The notes below the pieces were generated by a model. The model worked only from the letters and a program-made list of their open reading frames with translations. It searched no databases and was not told the DNA's origin. Below are positions 9,841 through 20,502 of a stretch of 64,000 bases of DNA, piece after piece (position 1 is the first letter of the stretch; each line of letters starts with the position of its first letter). This DNA is from an uncultured Erysipelotrichaceae bacterium (GTDB lineage Bacteria > Bacillota_I > Bacilli_A > RF39 > UBA660): positions 1,557 to 65,556 of the forward strand of contig CACZFH010000005.1 of the NCBI GenBank assembly GCA_902780395.1, written 5' to 3'. The translations under genes were made by a program, and so were the position numbers.

Positions 9841-10608
9841 TTATCTGTTATTTTCATTTTCAAATCTTTTACTCAATCCTTCTACTGCTTTTAATACTTC
9901 GATTGGTATAGCAAAAATAATTGTATTTGATTGATCAGAACTTAAATCATTTAATGTAGATAATGTTCTTAAATGAAGTGCTCCTGGAGTAGAACCCATG
10001 GTGTTAGCAGCTTGAGCTAGGCTATTAGCAGCTTCAACTTCACCTGCAGCTTTAGTAAGAATAGCTTGTTTTTCTCTTTCTGCTTCAGCAGCTTTAGCAA
10101 TGACTCTCTTCATTTCTTCTGGTAAGCTTACGTCTTTTAACTCAACGTTTTCTACTTTGATTCCCCATGGATCAGTAGCGGCATCTATAACTTGACATAT
10201 ACCATTAGAAATTTTTTCTCTTTCACTTAATAATTCATCTAATGTTACAGATCCTACTACATTACGCATTGTAGTTTGAGCAAGTTGGCTTACTGCATAG
10301 TAATAATCTTGTACTTCACAAATTGCTTTTCCTGCATCAAAGATTTTATAATAAATTACTGCATTGATTCTAATAGAAACATTATCTTTGGTAATTGTTT
10401 CTTGTTCTGGAACATCTACAGCTTTTGTTCTGATGTCCACTTTTCTAAATGATTGAATTACTGGTAATACTATTTTCCATCCTGGGGTTAATACTTTAGT
10501 ATATTTACCAAATGTAAATAATATTCCTCTTTCATATTCATTTATTTGTTTAATTGATCCAAGAAGTATACATGCAACGATGAATAATAAAAACACTAAA
10601 CCACTCAT
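9841..10608 (-). CDS. SPFH/band-7 (stomatin/prohibitin-like) membrane protein
   Basis: 255 aa. N-terminal TM helix, then a band-7 core and a C-terminal AEAEREKQA coiled region. Confidence 0.85.
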   Translation of the reverse strand: MSGLVFLLFIVACILLGSIKQINEYERGILFTFGKYTKVLTPGWKIVLPVIQSFRKVDIRTKAVDVPEQETITKDNVSIRINAVIYYKIFDAGKAICEVQDYYYAVSQLAQTTMRNVVGSVTLDELLSEREKISNGICQVIDAATDPWGIKVENVELKDVSLPEEMKRVIAKAAEAEREKQAILTKAAGEVEAANSLAQAANTMGSTPGALHLRTLSTLNDLSSDQSNTIIFAIPIEVLKAVEGLSKRFENENNR

Positions 10609-10612
10609 TTTT

Positions 10613-11623
10613 TTATTCTCCTACTTTCATTAAAAATTTGGCAGTTCTAACCATTTGAGCTGTATAACTCATTTCATTGTCATACCATGAAACAACTTTT
10701 ACTAATTGTTTTCCATCTACTTCTAAGACACTGGTTGATAATCCATCTACTAAAGATCCACAACGTCTACCAATTACGTCACTTGATACAATTGGGTCCA
10801 TTGTAAACTCTAGGGTTTCATTAGTATGATCTTGCAATACTTTATTGATTTCTTCTACAGTTGTATTCTTTCCTAATTCTAGGGTTAAGTCAACAACTGA
10901 GCCAGTTGGAACTGGAACTCTCATAGCTGTTCCATCAAGTTTTCCAGCTAAGTTAGGGCATACTAGTCCAATAGCAGATGCTGCTCCGGTAGAAGCTGGT
11001 ACAATATTAGCTGCACATGCTCTACCGCGTCTTGCTAAATGACCTTTTTTATGAGCAATATCTAGAGAAGCTTGGTCATTTGTATATGCATGAACTGTTG
11101 TCATATATCCTTTTACAATTCCAAATTCTTTGTCTAATACATCTACTACTGGAGCTAAACAGTTTGTTGTACATGAAGCTGCGGAAATAATCTTTTCACT
11201 TCCATCTAAAATGTTATGATTTACATTATATACAACTGTTTTTAAATCTCCTTTAGCAGGTGCTGATATAATAACGTGTTTTGCTCCGGCATTGATATGT
11301 GCCATGGCTTTTTCATCACTAGTAAATAAACCTGTACATTCAAATACTACATCAATGTCCAAGTCTTTCCATGGTAATAAAGCTGGATCTTTTTCAGCAT
11401 ATACCTTTACTCTTCTTTCTCCCACTACGATGTATTCACCATCAGCATGAATTTCATCGATTCGATAATTTCTATGATTTGTATCATATTTTAATAAATA
11501 AGCAAGTTGTTCTGCATCTGTTAAATCATTTACAGCAACTACTTCAAATTCTGGACTTTCTTCCATTAATCTAAAGCATAGTCTTCCGATTCTTCCGAAT
11601 CCATTAATTGCAACTCTTATCAT
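10613..11623 (-). CDS. gap: Glyceraldehyde-3-phosphate dehydrogenase
   Basis: INGFGRIGR NAD-binding motif, ASCTTNCLAP active site, WYDNEMSY; 336 aa. Confidence 0.95.
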   Translation of the reverse strand: MIRVAINGFGRIGRLCFRLMEESPEFEVVAVNDLTDAEQLAYLLKYDTNHRNYRIDEIHADGEYIVVGERRVKVYAEKDPALLPWKDLDIDVVFECTGLFTSDEKAMAHINAGAKHVIISAPAKGDLKTVVYNVNHNILDGSEKIISAASCTTNCLAPVVDVLDKEFGIVKGYMTTVHAYTNDQASLDIAHKKGHLARRGRACAANIVPASTGAASAIGLVCPNLAGKLDGTAMRVPVPTGSVVDLTLELGKNTTVEEINKVLQDHTNETLEFTMDPIVSSDVIGRRCGSLVDGLSTSVLEVDGKQLVKVVSWYDNEMSYTAQMVRTAKFLMKVGE

Positions 11624-11815
11624 CTTTCATCCTCCTAGTTATTATTATATCCTTTTCTAATTCTCCTTTCAATCATTCTTTTTATTTTTACAAAAAAAAC
11701 GACTTTAATTGTCATTTATTCTTGAACAATGAATTCAATAGAAGTTCCAGCAACCCAGAAATCAGCATTATAATCAATTGTTATTTTTTGGGCACTAATT
11801 GGTACTTTATAAAAA

Positions 11816-11965
11816 ATGTACCCAATTGATTTCTTACCTTTTCCTAGTGTTGCTGATATATCGTTATATTGTTCATTTCAAAGGGGAACTAATGAAAGAT
11901 ACAATGCATTAGTAAGTAGATTTATTCCAAAAGGAAACTCAATGAAAAATGTGCATATGATATAG
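11816..11965 (+). pseudogene. C-terminal relic of an IS30-family transposase
   Basis: The frame reads MYPIDFLPFPSVADISLYCSFQRGTNERYNALVSRFIPKGNSMKNVHMI*. The QRGTNE..N.L..RFIPKG block matches the conserved IS30 DDE-transposase C-terminus (ERGTNENTNGLIRRFIPKG). Only ~50 codons survive. The upstream piece (11608..11829) is in another frame. Confidence 0.5.
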
Positions 11966-12015
11966 AATTAAAATATAAATAAAATGGTGCGGTTGAGATT
12001 TGAATAAAGAAAAAT

Positions 12016-12040
12016 AATATCCACAACATTTGTGGATATT
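12016..12040. terminator. Bidirectional hairpin terminator
   Basis: AATATCCACA-ACATT-TGTGGATATT followed by TTTTATT on the plus strand. It lies directly downstream of the minus-strand kinase gene stop at 12043. Confidence 0.65.
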
Positions 12041-12042
12041 TT

Positions 12043-13713
12043 TTATTCGTGAAAGTAGCCTCCACCGATAAATTCTCTAATTACAGCATCTTCTGGTATG
12101 GCATCTGCTGGGATTGGTAAGAATAATCTTAGGAATTTGATTAATCTTTTTGCTTCTTCATAATATGGAGAATCACTTTCAACAGAGTATAATAGTGGTT
12201 CTACATAGGTTTTTAATACGCCTATTTCGTAAATTGCAGCCGAGTTTACAGTAGCGTCATTATCATCTTGGAAAGGAAATACATATAATTCTTCTCCTTT
12301 TCGAACATTAGGCCATTGCTTTAAGGTATGCTCTACTTTATAGTTTCTAGTTCTATTATCTCTTACTATTCTTCTTAATAAACGATTATCAGTTGTTGAT
12401 ATTCGATTATGATTATCCATATTTAACTCTGTTAATGGAGAAATATAAATCTTGTATTTCTTTTCTCTTGGAATATTTGTTAATATTTTAGTGTCTAATG
12501 CATGAATTCCTTCAATAATTAAAATGTCATTTTCACCTAACTGCATTTCATTATGATATTCTTTCTCTCCATAGACAAAATTATAGGTAGGTATTTTTAC
12601 ATTTTCTCCTCTTAAGAGAGCAGCTACTTGTTTATCAAATAGTTTTAAGTCCATGGCTTCTAAACATTCAAAATCATAATTTCCATTTTCATCTTTAGGA
12701 TTATCTTTTCTTTCAACAAAGTAATTATCCATCTCTAATGCTTTAGGATGAAGACCAAAGCTTTCTAAAAACATGCACAGTTTCCTCGAAGTTGTTGTTT
12801 TTCCAGAAGATGATGGTCCAGCCATTAAAACTATTTTTACTTTATTCTTATGATTATTAATATCTTTGGCTATTTCCAATAATCTGTTGCTTTGAAGGGT
12901 TTCATCAATTTTTATTAAGTCATTGATTTTTCCAGTTGATACTACTCTGTTTAAATCAACAGAATTTTCTACTCCTATTATTTTTCCCCATTCTCTATAT
13001 TCTCTAAATACCTCAAACATATTTGGGTGATGTTTATACTTTGTAATATGATCTGGTATATATACAGTTGGGAATCGTAGAGTAAATCCATTACTATTAA
13101 TATAAGTTAAATCAAAATCCTTTAATTTTCCTGTTGATGGAGGCATTAAATAATAGAAATAATTATAGATATTTCCTAGTCGATAAAGTGTTATATAATT
13201 ATCAGTATTATATTTCATTGTACCGGCTTTAGTTTCGTCTCCAACTGCTTTAAAATATTTAATAGCTTCTAAACGATCAATTGTTAGTCTTGTAATTGGC
13301 ATATCTTTTCTAATAATTGCTCTCATTTCTTCTTTGATTGCTAAGAGCTTTTCTTCTGTTAATTTGAATGATGTTTGAAAGTAAATTCCTTTGTCTAGGG
13401 AATGTTGAACAATTACGTTAGCAGCTTTTCCATACAATTTTTTAACAGCATAAATTAGGACAAAAGTTAGTCCTCCAACGTGAACTCTATGTCCTTCACA
13501 AGATGTTAAGTCTAAGAATTCTACGGTACAGTTTTCTGTTAAATCATGAGATAATTCTCTCAATCGATTATTAACTCTAGCAATTAATATTGGATATTTA
13601 TTGTTTTCTTGATGTTCAATATATATTTCTTGGAGAGTTATGTTTTTACTGTACTTATATTTTTTATTATTAATGGTTACTTCTATAGTATCTATCACTA
13701 TACCACTCCTCAT
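12043..13713 (-). CDS. TGS/ThrRS-like N-terminal domain fused to uridine-kinase-family P-loop kinase
   Basis: 556 aa. Central P-loop GPSSSGKTTT and IIEGIHALD belong to the uridine/phosphoribulokinase family. The N-terminal ~270 aa resemble the TGS plus second-additional-domain region of ThrRS. Confidence 0.75.
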   Translation of the reverse strand: MRSGIVIDTIEVTINNKKYKYSKNITLQEIYIEHQENNKYPILIARVNNRLRELSHDLTENCTVEFLDLTSCEGHRVHVGGLTFVLIYAVKKLYGKAANVIVQHSLDKGIYFQTSFKLTEEKLLAIKEEMRAIIRKDMPITRLTIDRLEAIKYFKAVGDETKAGTMKYNTDNYITLYRLGNIYNYFYYLMPPSTGKLKDFDLTYINSNGFTLRFPTVYIPDHITKYKHHPNMFEVFREYREWGKIIGVENSVDLNRVVSTGKINDLIKIDETLQSNRLLEIAKDINNHKNKVKIVLMAGPSSSGKTTTSRKLCMFLESFGLHPKALEMDNYFVERKDNPKDENGNYDFECLEAMDLKLFDKQVAALLRGENVKIPTYNFVYGEKEYHNEMQLGENDILIIEGIHALDTKILTNIPREKKYKIYISPLTELNMDNHNRISTTDNRLLRRIVRDNRTRNYKVEHTLKQWPNVRKGEELYVFPFQDDNDATVNSAAIYEIGVLKTYVEPLLYSVESDSPYYEEAKRLIKFLRLFLPIPADAIPEDAVIREFIGGGYFHE

Positions 13714-13797
13714 TTTAATTTTAGTATACCATAATTTGTCATAATAAACTATGAATAAATTATATGGTTGACACTATACTAATTATAGGTGAGAATT

Positions 13798-14367
13798 ATG
13801 AATTATATTCCAATTGTTCAAGATTATGGTGGTAATAGTGATAAATGTTATGATATTTATTCAAAACTACTTAAGAATAGAATTATCTTTTTAGTTGGGG
13901 AAATTGATGATATTAATAGTAATATGATAGTTGCAGAATTACTTTATTTAGATTCTATCAACCATGATGATATTTATCTTTATATTAATTCTCCTGGTGG
14001 TAGTGTTACTAGTGGTTTTGCTATATATGATACTATGAACTATATCAAAAGTGATGTTTCTACAGTTTGTTTTGGTATGGCTGCTAGTATGGGGGCTTTC
14101 CTACTATCTAGTGGTAAGAAAGGAAAAAGACTTATTCTAAAAAATGCGGATGTGATGATTCATCAAATACTAGGAAAAAGTGAAGGGCAAGCTACTGATA
14201 TAGAAATAGCGACAAATCGGATTCTTTCTTTAAAGAAAAGAATTAATTTAATTCTCTCTAAGAATACTGGGAAAAGTATTCAAAGAATAGAAAAAGATAC
14301 AGAAAGAGATTACTATTTAACTGCTGAAGAAGCTATTTCTTATGGGATAGTTGATCATTTTGCTTAA
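13798..14367 (+). CDS. clpP: ATP-dependent Clp protease proteolytic subunit
   Basis: GMAASMGAFLL (catalytic Ser) and MIHQ (His). ATG 13798 follows an AGGTGAG RBS. The track start 13789 is a GTG inside the RBS. Confidence 0.95.
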   Translation: MNYIPIVQDYGGNSDKCYDIYSKLLKNRIIFLVGEIDDINSNMIVAELLYLDSINHDDIYLYINSPGGSVTSGFAIYDTMNYIKSDVSTVCFGMAASMGAFLLSSGKKGKRLILKNADVMIHQILGKSEGQATDIEIATNRILSLKKRINLILSKNTGKSIQRIEKDTERDYYLTAEEAISYGIVDHFA

Positions 14368-14379
14368 AAAAAAAGAGAT

Positions 14380-15318
14380 TTACTCTTTCTTCATTTTACG
14401 GAAACTATCTGCTAAATCAGATATTTTTTTTAATCTATGGTTTAATCCTGATTTAGTAATGGATTTATTTGTTTCTAAAGATATTATTTCAGCTAATTCT
14501 TTAAGAGATGCCTCTGGATATTTCTTACGATATTTTAGGGCTTCTGTTACTTTTTCATCTAGTAACATTAAGCCATCATTTTCTTCAATTATCTCAATAT
14601 CTTTTAGTTGTGAATTAGCAGTTTCAATGATTTTATCCATATTGGCTTGCTCCATATTGTTAAGACGATTGGTACTATTCTTTTTATCTCGATATACCCT
14701 TACATCTTCATAATATAAAACGGCTTTGGTAGCTCCTAATATTTTAATAAAATCACTTATTTTCTCAGCTTCTTTGATATAAATCATGTAGCCTTTTTCA
14801 CGATTTAGTATTTTTGCATTTAAATCAAACATATTTAATAATTTTTGAACCAAGATAGATTCTTGGGGTTCTCCTACTACTAACTCCATATGATATCTAG
14901 ATGTCTTGGGATCATTAATACTTCCTGAAGCTAAAAAAGCACCCCTTAAATAACCTTTTATTTCTTCATTAGAGTCTATAATATAATCTGGAAGATTCTC
15001 TAAATATTGATTTTTATCATCTAATACTCCTAATTCTTTTAAACACTTATCATTAGATATTGGTATTTTTATTTGATATAAATCTTTTTTACTAAAATTT
15101 AAATTCTCAACTACTTCAATTGTTAAATCTAAGTTGTAGAATTCTTTTATAGCATTAGCTATTCTCTCCATTATCCATTTATTCTCAGTGGACATAACTA
15201 TATTATTTCTTGTTCTAGTCCCATTATTTCTTATATACCCTGATAATTCTGCAATTAGTTCTGATTTAGAACTTTTGAAATTAGATATTTCTTCTTTAAT
15301 ACTTGTTGTGAATGACAT
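14380..15318 (-). CDS. whiA: Sporulation/cell-division regulator WhiA
   Basis: 312 aa. Degenerate LAGLIDADG-like core (GAFLASGSINDP) and a C-terminal HTH (SLKELAEIIS...SGLNHRLKKI). Immediately downstream of yvcK, as in other Firmicutes. Confidence 0.9.
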   Translation of the reverse strand: MSFTTSIKEEISNFKSSKSELIAELSGYIRNNGTRTRNNIVMSTENKWIMERIANAIKEFYNLDLTIEVVENLNFSKKDLYQIKIPISNDKCLKELGVLDDKNQYLENLPDYIIDSNEEIKGYLRGAFLASGSINDPKTSRYHMELVVGEPQESILVQKLLNMFDLNAKILNREKGYMIYIKEAEKISDFIKILGATKAVLYYEDVRVYRDKKNSTNRLNNMEQANMDKIIETANSQLKDIEIIEENDGLMLLDEKVTEALKYRKKYPEASLKELAEIISLETNKSITKSGLNHRLKKISDLADSFRKMKKE

Positions 15319-15319
15319 A

Positions 15320-16276
15320 CTAATCTCTCATTAAATAGGAAAAGATTAAGGAACTAAGTTTAAGACTATTATGCTTTAAAGTATTATCATCATCTATTAT
15401 GATTAAATCATCTTCAATTAGTTCTACTCCTATTTTTTCAATTTCTTTATAATCAATTAATACTGGATCTTTTTGTTCTTTTGTTTCATATTTCTTAGCC
15501 ATTTCAGCACTTATTTTGGTATTGCTGGCAATGACTACATCTATTTTTCTCTTATCTAGATAATTATTTAATAATTTGACATGATCTCCCACTGAAAAAT
15601 GATCTGTTTCTCCTGGTTGAGTGACAATATTACAAATGTACATTAATGGAGCTTTTGTTTTATTAAGGGCTTTTTCTACTTCTTTACATATCACATTTGG
15701 TAAGATACTAGTATATAAACTACCCATACTGAAGATTATTAAATCTGCTTCATTGATAGCTTGAATTACTTCTGGTAATACTTTTGGCTCTGTTTTGTAA
15801 TAGATTTTATTCATCTTTCTGTGGGCAAACGTGATTTCTTCTTCTCCTTCAATTACATTACCATCTTCATCTAAACCCATTAACGTAAGATCAGAATCTT
15901 CTGATATTGGTAAAACGGTATGTCTTACATCAAGAAGTTTACTTAAATGTTTAATTGATTCTTTAAGTGAACCAGTAATGTCTAACATGGCTGTTAAAAT
16001 TAAATTTCCTACAGCATGACCATCTAAATCACTAGAAGTGTGAAAACGGTATGACATCATGTCTTTGATTGGTTCATCTATTTGAGATAAATTTGTAATT
16101 ACTTTTCTAATATCTCCTACAGCTGGAGTATGAAATTCCTGTCTTAATTTTCCAGTAGAGCGTCCATTGTCTGACACAGTAATAACGGCTGTGATATCTA
16201 CTGGAAAATCTTTTAATCCTTTTAGCAAATATGAAATTCCTGTTCCTCCACCAAAAACAACTACTTTTTTATACAT
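15320..16276 (-). CDS. yvcK: YvcK/CofD-family gluconeogenesis factor
   Basis: N-terminal VVFGGGTGISYLLKGLK; 318 aa. Conserved yvcK-whiA pairing. Confidence 0.9.
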   Translation of the reverse strand: MYKKVVVFGGGTGISYLLKGLKDFPVDITAVITVSDNGRSTGKLRQEFHTPAVGDIRKVITNLSQIDEPIKDMMSYRFHTSSDLDGHAVGNLILTAMLDITGSLKESIKHLSKLLDVRHTVLPISEDSDLTLMGLDEDGNVIEGEEEITFAHRKMNKIYYKTEPKVLPEVIQAINEADLIIFSMGSLYTSILPNVICKEVEKALNKTKAPLMYICNIVTQPGETDHFSVGDHVKLLNNYLDKRKIDVVIASNTKISAEMAKKYETKEQKDPVLIDYKEIEKIGVELIEDDLIIIDDDNTLKHNSLKLSSLIFSYLMRD

Positions 16277-16290
16277 AAATCCTCCTACTT

Positions 16291-17073
16291 TTAAAAAAAT
16301 GTTTCATGATATTTTAATTCTTTATTCTTTATAATTAAGTAAACTCCTGTTCCTATAAAAATGATTGATACTATTTGGGCCATTTTAATAGTTCCTAACA
16401 TTAGGGAGTCTGACCGAAAAGATTCTATAATGAATCTTTCTATACCATACCATATAAAATATATTCCCGTTAGTTGACCTACTTTTAGATTTTGTTTCTT
16501 ACGAAATAATAGTAATACAATAAATCCAATAAATGATAGGATTGATTCATATAGAAATGTGGGCTCCCGGTATTCTCCACTTATATACATTCCTTCAATG
16601 ATAAAACTAGGCAAATGCATATTTTTTAGAAAATTTAGGGAAACTATTCTTCCATATGCTTCTCCATTAAAGAAGTTCCCCCATCTTCCGATAGATTGAG
16701 CAAGAATTAGTCCTACTACCATACAATCTAGTAGTAATATAAGATTTATTTTTTTCTTTTTGGTATACCAATATAGAAACAAGAGAGCACTTATTATTCC
16801 TCCGTGAATAGCAAGTCCACCTTCCCATATTTTAATGGCATCTAATAGGTTTTGATAATAGGATAAATTGAATAAGACATAATACAATCTAGCTCCTAGA
16901 ATTCCAATTAGAAAACCATAAAAGAGAATATTAATTAATTCTTCTGGATCCATCTTTTTTTTCTTTGTTTCTTTTATTACAATAAAACTACCAGTAAAAA
17001 GAGCAAGTAAGATAAAAATAGAATACCATTTAATTTCAAAGATTTGAAAATCTATAAATACACTTCTATCCAT
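16291..17073 (-). CDS. lgt: Prolipoprotein diacylglyceryl transferase
   Basis: 260 aa polytopic protein with GLAIHGGIISALL and GRWGNFFNGEAYG Lgt signature. Confidence 0.9.
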   Translation of the reverse strand: MDRSVFIDFQIFEIKWYSIFILLALFTGSFIVIKETKKKKMDPEELINILFYGFLIGILGARLYYVLFNLSYYQNLLDAIKIWEGGLAIHGGIISALLFLYWYTKKKKINLILLLDCMVVGLILAQSIGRWGNFFNGEAYGRIVSLNFLKNMHLPSFIIEGMYISGEYREPTFLYESILSFIGFIVLLLFRKKQNLKVGQLTGIYFIWYGIERFIIESFRSDSLMLGTIKMAQIVSIIFIGTGVYLIIKNKELKYHETFF

Positions 17074-17491
17074 GTTTTTGTACCTTTTTAATAATCTTAT
17101 TTAAAATTCGTTCCATTATAAAGTTTGTTATTGATAATAAGATTGCTACAAATAAGGCAATAAATATACTCTTTACTTCAAAATGAGGGCCTAGTATCCA
17201 ATCTACTATCTTTAATATAAAAACATTAATAAATGGATAAAATAAACCTAATGTTATTCCTGTAATAGGAATGGTTAAAATTACTAGAATTGGTTTTATA
17301 GTTTTATTTAATACATAAATTGTAAATACTATGATAGCAGACCATATAAATAGATGATTACTATCTATATAGATTGACTTAAATAAGCTTGTTACTAAAA
17401 TAAAGACAATTGTATATCCTATCATATGTAAAATCCAATCAGTTACTTTATTAATTCTTTGCTTATTCTTTTCTTTTTTGATTAATTTCAT
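17066..17491 (-). CDS. YvlD-like / phage-holin-family-4 membrane protein
   Basis: 141 aa with four TM helices. 8-nt overlap with lgt. The layout resembles YvlD/DUF360 proteins. Confidence 0.55.
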   Translation of the reverse strand: MKLIKKEKNKQRINKVTDWILHMIGYTIVFILVTSLFKSIYIDSNHLFIWSAIIVFTIYVLNKTIKPILVILTIPITGITLGLFYPFINVFILKIVDWILGPHFEVKSIFIALFVAILLSITNFIMERILNKIIKKVQKHG

Positions 17492-17501
17492 AGATTCACC
17501 C

Positions 17502-20315
17502 CTATAATAATTTCTTTAAAAATTGACCTGTGTAAGAATTATTTATTTTGGCTATTTCTTCTGGTGTTCCTACTCCGACAATTTGTCCTCCTAAATCTCC
17601 CCCTTCAGGTCCTAAATCAATAATATAATCTGCCACTTTTATTACATCTAAGTTGTGTTCAATGATTACAACGGTATCTTTATTATCTACTATTTTCTGT
17701 AAAATTGCAAGTAAGCGCTTGATATCATCTGTATGTAATCCAGTTGTTGGTTCATCTAAAATAAATAAGGTTTTTCCGGTTGCTTGTTTTTGTAATTCTT
17801 TGGCTAATTTAACTCTTTCGGCTTCTCCTCCTGATAAGGTAGGAGCACTTTGTCCTAATTTGATATAGCCTAATCCTACATCTTCTATTACTTGTAGTTT
17901 TCTTTTTATTTTTGGAACATTTTCAAAGAACTTTAAGGCTTCTGTTACTCTCATATCTAGGACTTCTGCTATATTCTTGTCTTTATATTTTATGCTAAGT
18001 GTCTCTCCATTATAACGAGTTCCGTGACAGACTTCGCATGGTACGTAAACATCTGGTAAGAAATGCATTTCTATTTTTTTTACCCCATCTCCACGGCAAG
18101 CTTCACATCTTCCACCTTTAACATTAAAAGAAAATCTATTTTTTCCAAAGCCATACATTTTAGCTTCTTTGGTAGTTGTAAAAAGTTCTCTTATATCATC
18201 AAATACACCGGTATAGGTAGCTGGATTAGACCTTGGGGTTCTTCCGATTGGATTTTGAGAAATAGCAACAATCTTATCAATATTATCTATTCCTAGTATT
18301 TTTTCATGCTTTCCTGGTTTTTCTTTACTATTATATAATTTTTGAGATAGAGCTTTTACCAATATCTCATTTATAAGGGTTGATTTTCCTGAGCCTGATA
18401 CTCCTGTGATACAGGTAAAGGTTCCAAGTGGTATTTCTACATCTATATTTTTTAAGTTATGTTCTTTGGCACCTTTAATTATTATACTTTTTTTGATACC
18501 TTTTCTTCTCTTTTTTGGAACATCAATGCATAATTTTCCACTTAAGTATTTTCCTGTAATACTATTATCATTATTCATTACTTCTTTAGGAGTTCCACAA
18601 GCAACGATTTCTCCTCCAGAATCTCCGGCGCCTGGTCCTACATCTACTAAATAATCAGCTGCTAACATGGTATCACTATCATGCTCTACTACTATAAGGG
18701 TATTTCCTAAATCTCTCATTTCTAGCAAAGAATTAATTAGTCTTTCATTGTCTCTTTGATGAAGTCCAATACTTGGTTCATCTAAAACATATAATACTCC
18801 TGTTAAGTGAGAACCAATTTGAGTTGCTAGTCTAATTCTTTGGGCTTCTCCTCCAGATAAAGTTCCTGCATTCCTACTTAATGTTAAGTAATCTAGTCCT
18901 ACATTTGACAAAAAGTGGAGTCTGTCTAAGATTTCTTTTATTACTAATTTGGCTATTTCTTTCTTTTCTTCTGATAATTTTAAATTTTCAAAGAAAGATA
19001 TAAGCTCTTTAATAGACATTTCTGTTATTTGGAATATATTTTTTTTATTTAGTTTTACAGATAAAACATTATCATTTAGACGAGCTCCGTGACAAGTTTC
19101 GCAGGTATGTTCTACCATGTAATTCTCTAACCAGTCTCTAATCCAAGTAGATGTAGTAGACATGTATCTTCTCTCTAAACGATTAATAATTCCTTCATAA
19201 TAATCTTGTTTATCTCTTTTTATACCACCACGTGTTGAATATTTTATTCTAATTAATTCATCACTTCCATATAATATGTAATTTTGAAATTTCTTAGACA
19301 ATTTAGACCATGGCTTATTCATGTCAATTTTATAGTGTTTGCATAGACATTCTAATTCCATAAATTCTATAGCTTCAGGGTCATCTGTTAATGTTTTAAT
19401 AGCACCTTCATTTAAACTTATATTTTTATTTGGAATAATCAAATCCTCATCTATTTGTAGTTTTACTCCTAATCCTTTACAATCAGGGCATGCTCCGTAA
19501 GGGGCATTGAAACTAAATAATCTTGGTTCTAATTCAGGAAGAGAGAATTCACAATGAGGACAAGCGAATTGCTCTGAAAAAACTAGTTCTTTTCCTTCTT
19601 CTCCTAATAATTGAACTACTACTTTGCCATTTGATAATTTAGTGGATTGCTCAATAGCTTCAAATAATCTTGAACGAGAATCTTCTTTTAAAACAATTCG
19701 ATCAATTACGACGTCTATTTGATCTTTCTTATTTTTTTCTAGATCAATATCTTCACTTAAGTCAACCATTTCTCCATTAATTCTTACTCGGATATAACCT
19801 TCTTTTCTTAATCTTTCTAATAATTCTTTATGTGTTCCTTTTTCACCATGAACTACCGGTGATAGTATTACTAGTTTTGTACCTAATGGATATTCTAATA
19901 TTTTATTTGTCATTTCTTCGATGCTTTGAGAAGAAATGGGAATATTATGATTTGGACAATAAGGTACTCCTACTCTAGCAAAAACAAGTCTTAAATAATC
20001 ATATATCTCTGTTACTGTTCCAACTGTTGAACGGGGATTATTGTTAGTTGTTTTCTGATCTATTGATATTGCTGGTGATAATCCTTCAATTGAGTCAACA
20101 TCTGGTTTTTCTGAACCACCTAAAAATTGTCTAGCGTATGCTGATAAGCTTTCTACGTATCTTCTTTGTCCTTCAGCATAAATAGTATCAAACGCTAAAG
20201 AAGATTTACCAGAACCTGATAAACCTGTCATTACAATTAATTTATTTTTAGGAAGTTCAATATTAATATTCTTTAAATTATTCTCTCTTGCTCCTTTTAT
20301 AATAATCTTATCCAT
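17502..20315 (-). CDS. uvrA: Excinuclease ABC subunit A
   Basis: Two ABC modules (GLSGSGKSSLAFDT, GVSGSGKSTLINE, LSGGEAQR, LSGGEAER) and zinc-finger Cys pairs. Start moved to ATG 20315 (GGTGA RBS, MDKIIIKGARENNLKNI). Confidence 0.95.
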   Translation of the reverse strand: MDKIIIKGARENNLKNINIELPKNKLIVMTGLSGSGKSSLAFDTIYAEGQRRYVESLSAYARQFLGGSEKPDVDSIEGLSPAISIDQKTTNNNPRSTVGTVTEIYDYLRLVFARVGVPYCPNHNIPISSQSIEEMTNKILEYPLGTKLVILSPVVHGEKGTHKELLERLRKEGYIRVRINGEMVDLSEDIDLEKNKKDQIDVVIDRIVLKEDSRSRLFEAIEQSTKLSNGKVVVQLLGEEGKELVFSEQFACPHCEFSLPELEPRLFSFNAPYGACPDCKGLGVKLQIDEDLIIPNKNISLNEGAIKTLTDDPEAIEFMELECLCKHYKIDMNKPWSKLSKKFQNYILYGSDELIRIKYSTRGGIKRDKQDYYEGIINRLERRYMSTTSTWIRDWLENYMVEHTCETCHGARLNDNVLSVKLNKKNIFQITEMSIKELISFFENLKLSEEKKEIAKLVIKEILDRLHFLSNVGLDYLTLSRNAGTLSGGEAQRIRLATQIGSHLTGVLYVLDEPSIGLHQRDNERLINSLLEMRDLGNTLIVVEHDSDTMLAADYLVDVGPGAGDSGGEIVACGTPKEVMNNDNSITGKYLSGKLCIDVPKKRRKGIKKSIIIKGAKEHNLKNIDVEIPLGTFTCITGVSGSGKSTLINEILVKALSQKLYNSKEKPGKHEKILGIDNIDKIVAISQNPIGRTPRSNPATYTGVFDDIRELFTTTKEAKMYGFGKNRFSFNVKGGRCEACRGDGVKKIEMHFLPDVYVPCEVCHGTRYNGETLSIKYKDKNIAEVLDMRVTEALKFFENVPKIKRKLQVIEDVGLGYIKLGQSAPTLSGGEAERVKLAKELQKQATGKTLFILDEPTTGLHTDDIKRLLAILQKIVDNKDTVVIIEHNLDVIKVADYIIDLGPEGGDLGGQIVGVGTPEEIAKINNSYTGQFLKKLL

Positions 20316-20502
20316 TAGAATCACCTGTTTCATATTATACCATATTTTCATTAATTAATACTGATTATTTTCATTATCTGCTATTAATCTAAGACATTCA
20401 CTTTTCTTATAATATTTATAGCTCTTTTTTTGCAAAATAGAAACTTGGGGATAATAGTTGTAATCTTTCTAATTTTTGTTGGAGAAGCAAATAGAACGGT
20501 TT

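Noticed and set aside
2327-20430. Identical 15-mer TTATAGCTCTTTTTT about 110-125 bp upstream of both dinB (2327-2341) and uvrA (20416-20430), considered as a shared damage-response operator.
   Set aside because: It is T-run dominated, and exact 15-mers of this composition are expected by chance in 64 kb of AT-rich DNA. It is absent upstream of uvrB. Kept only as a weak hint.
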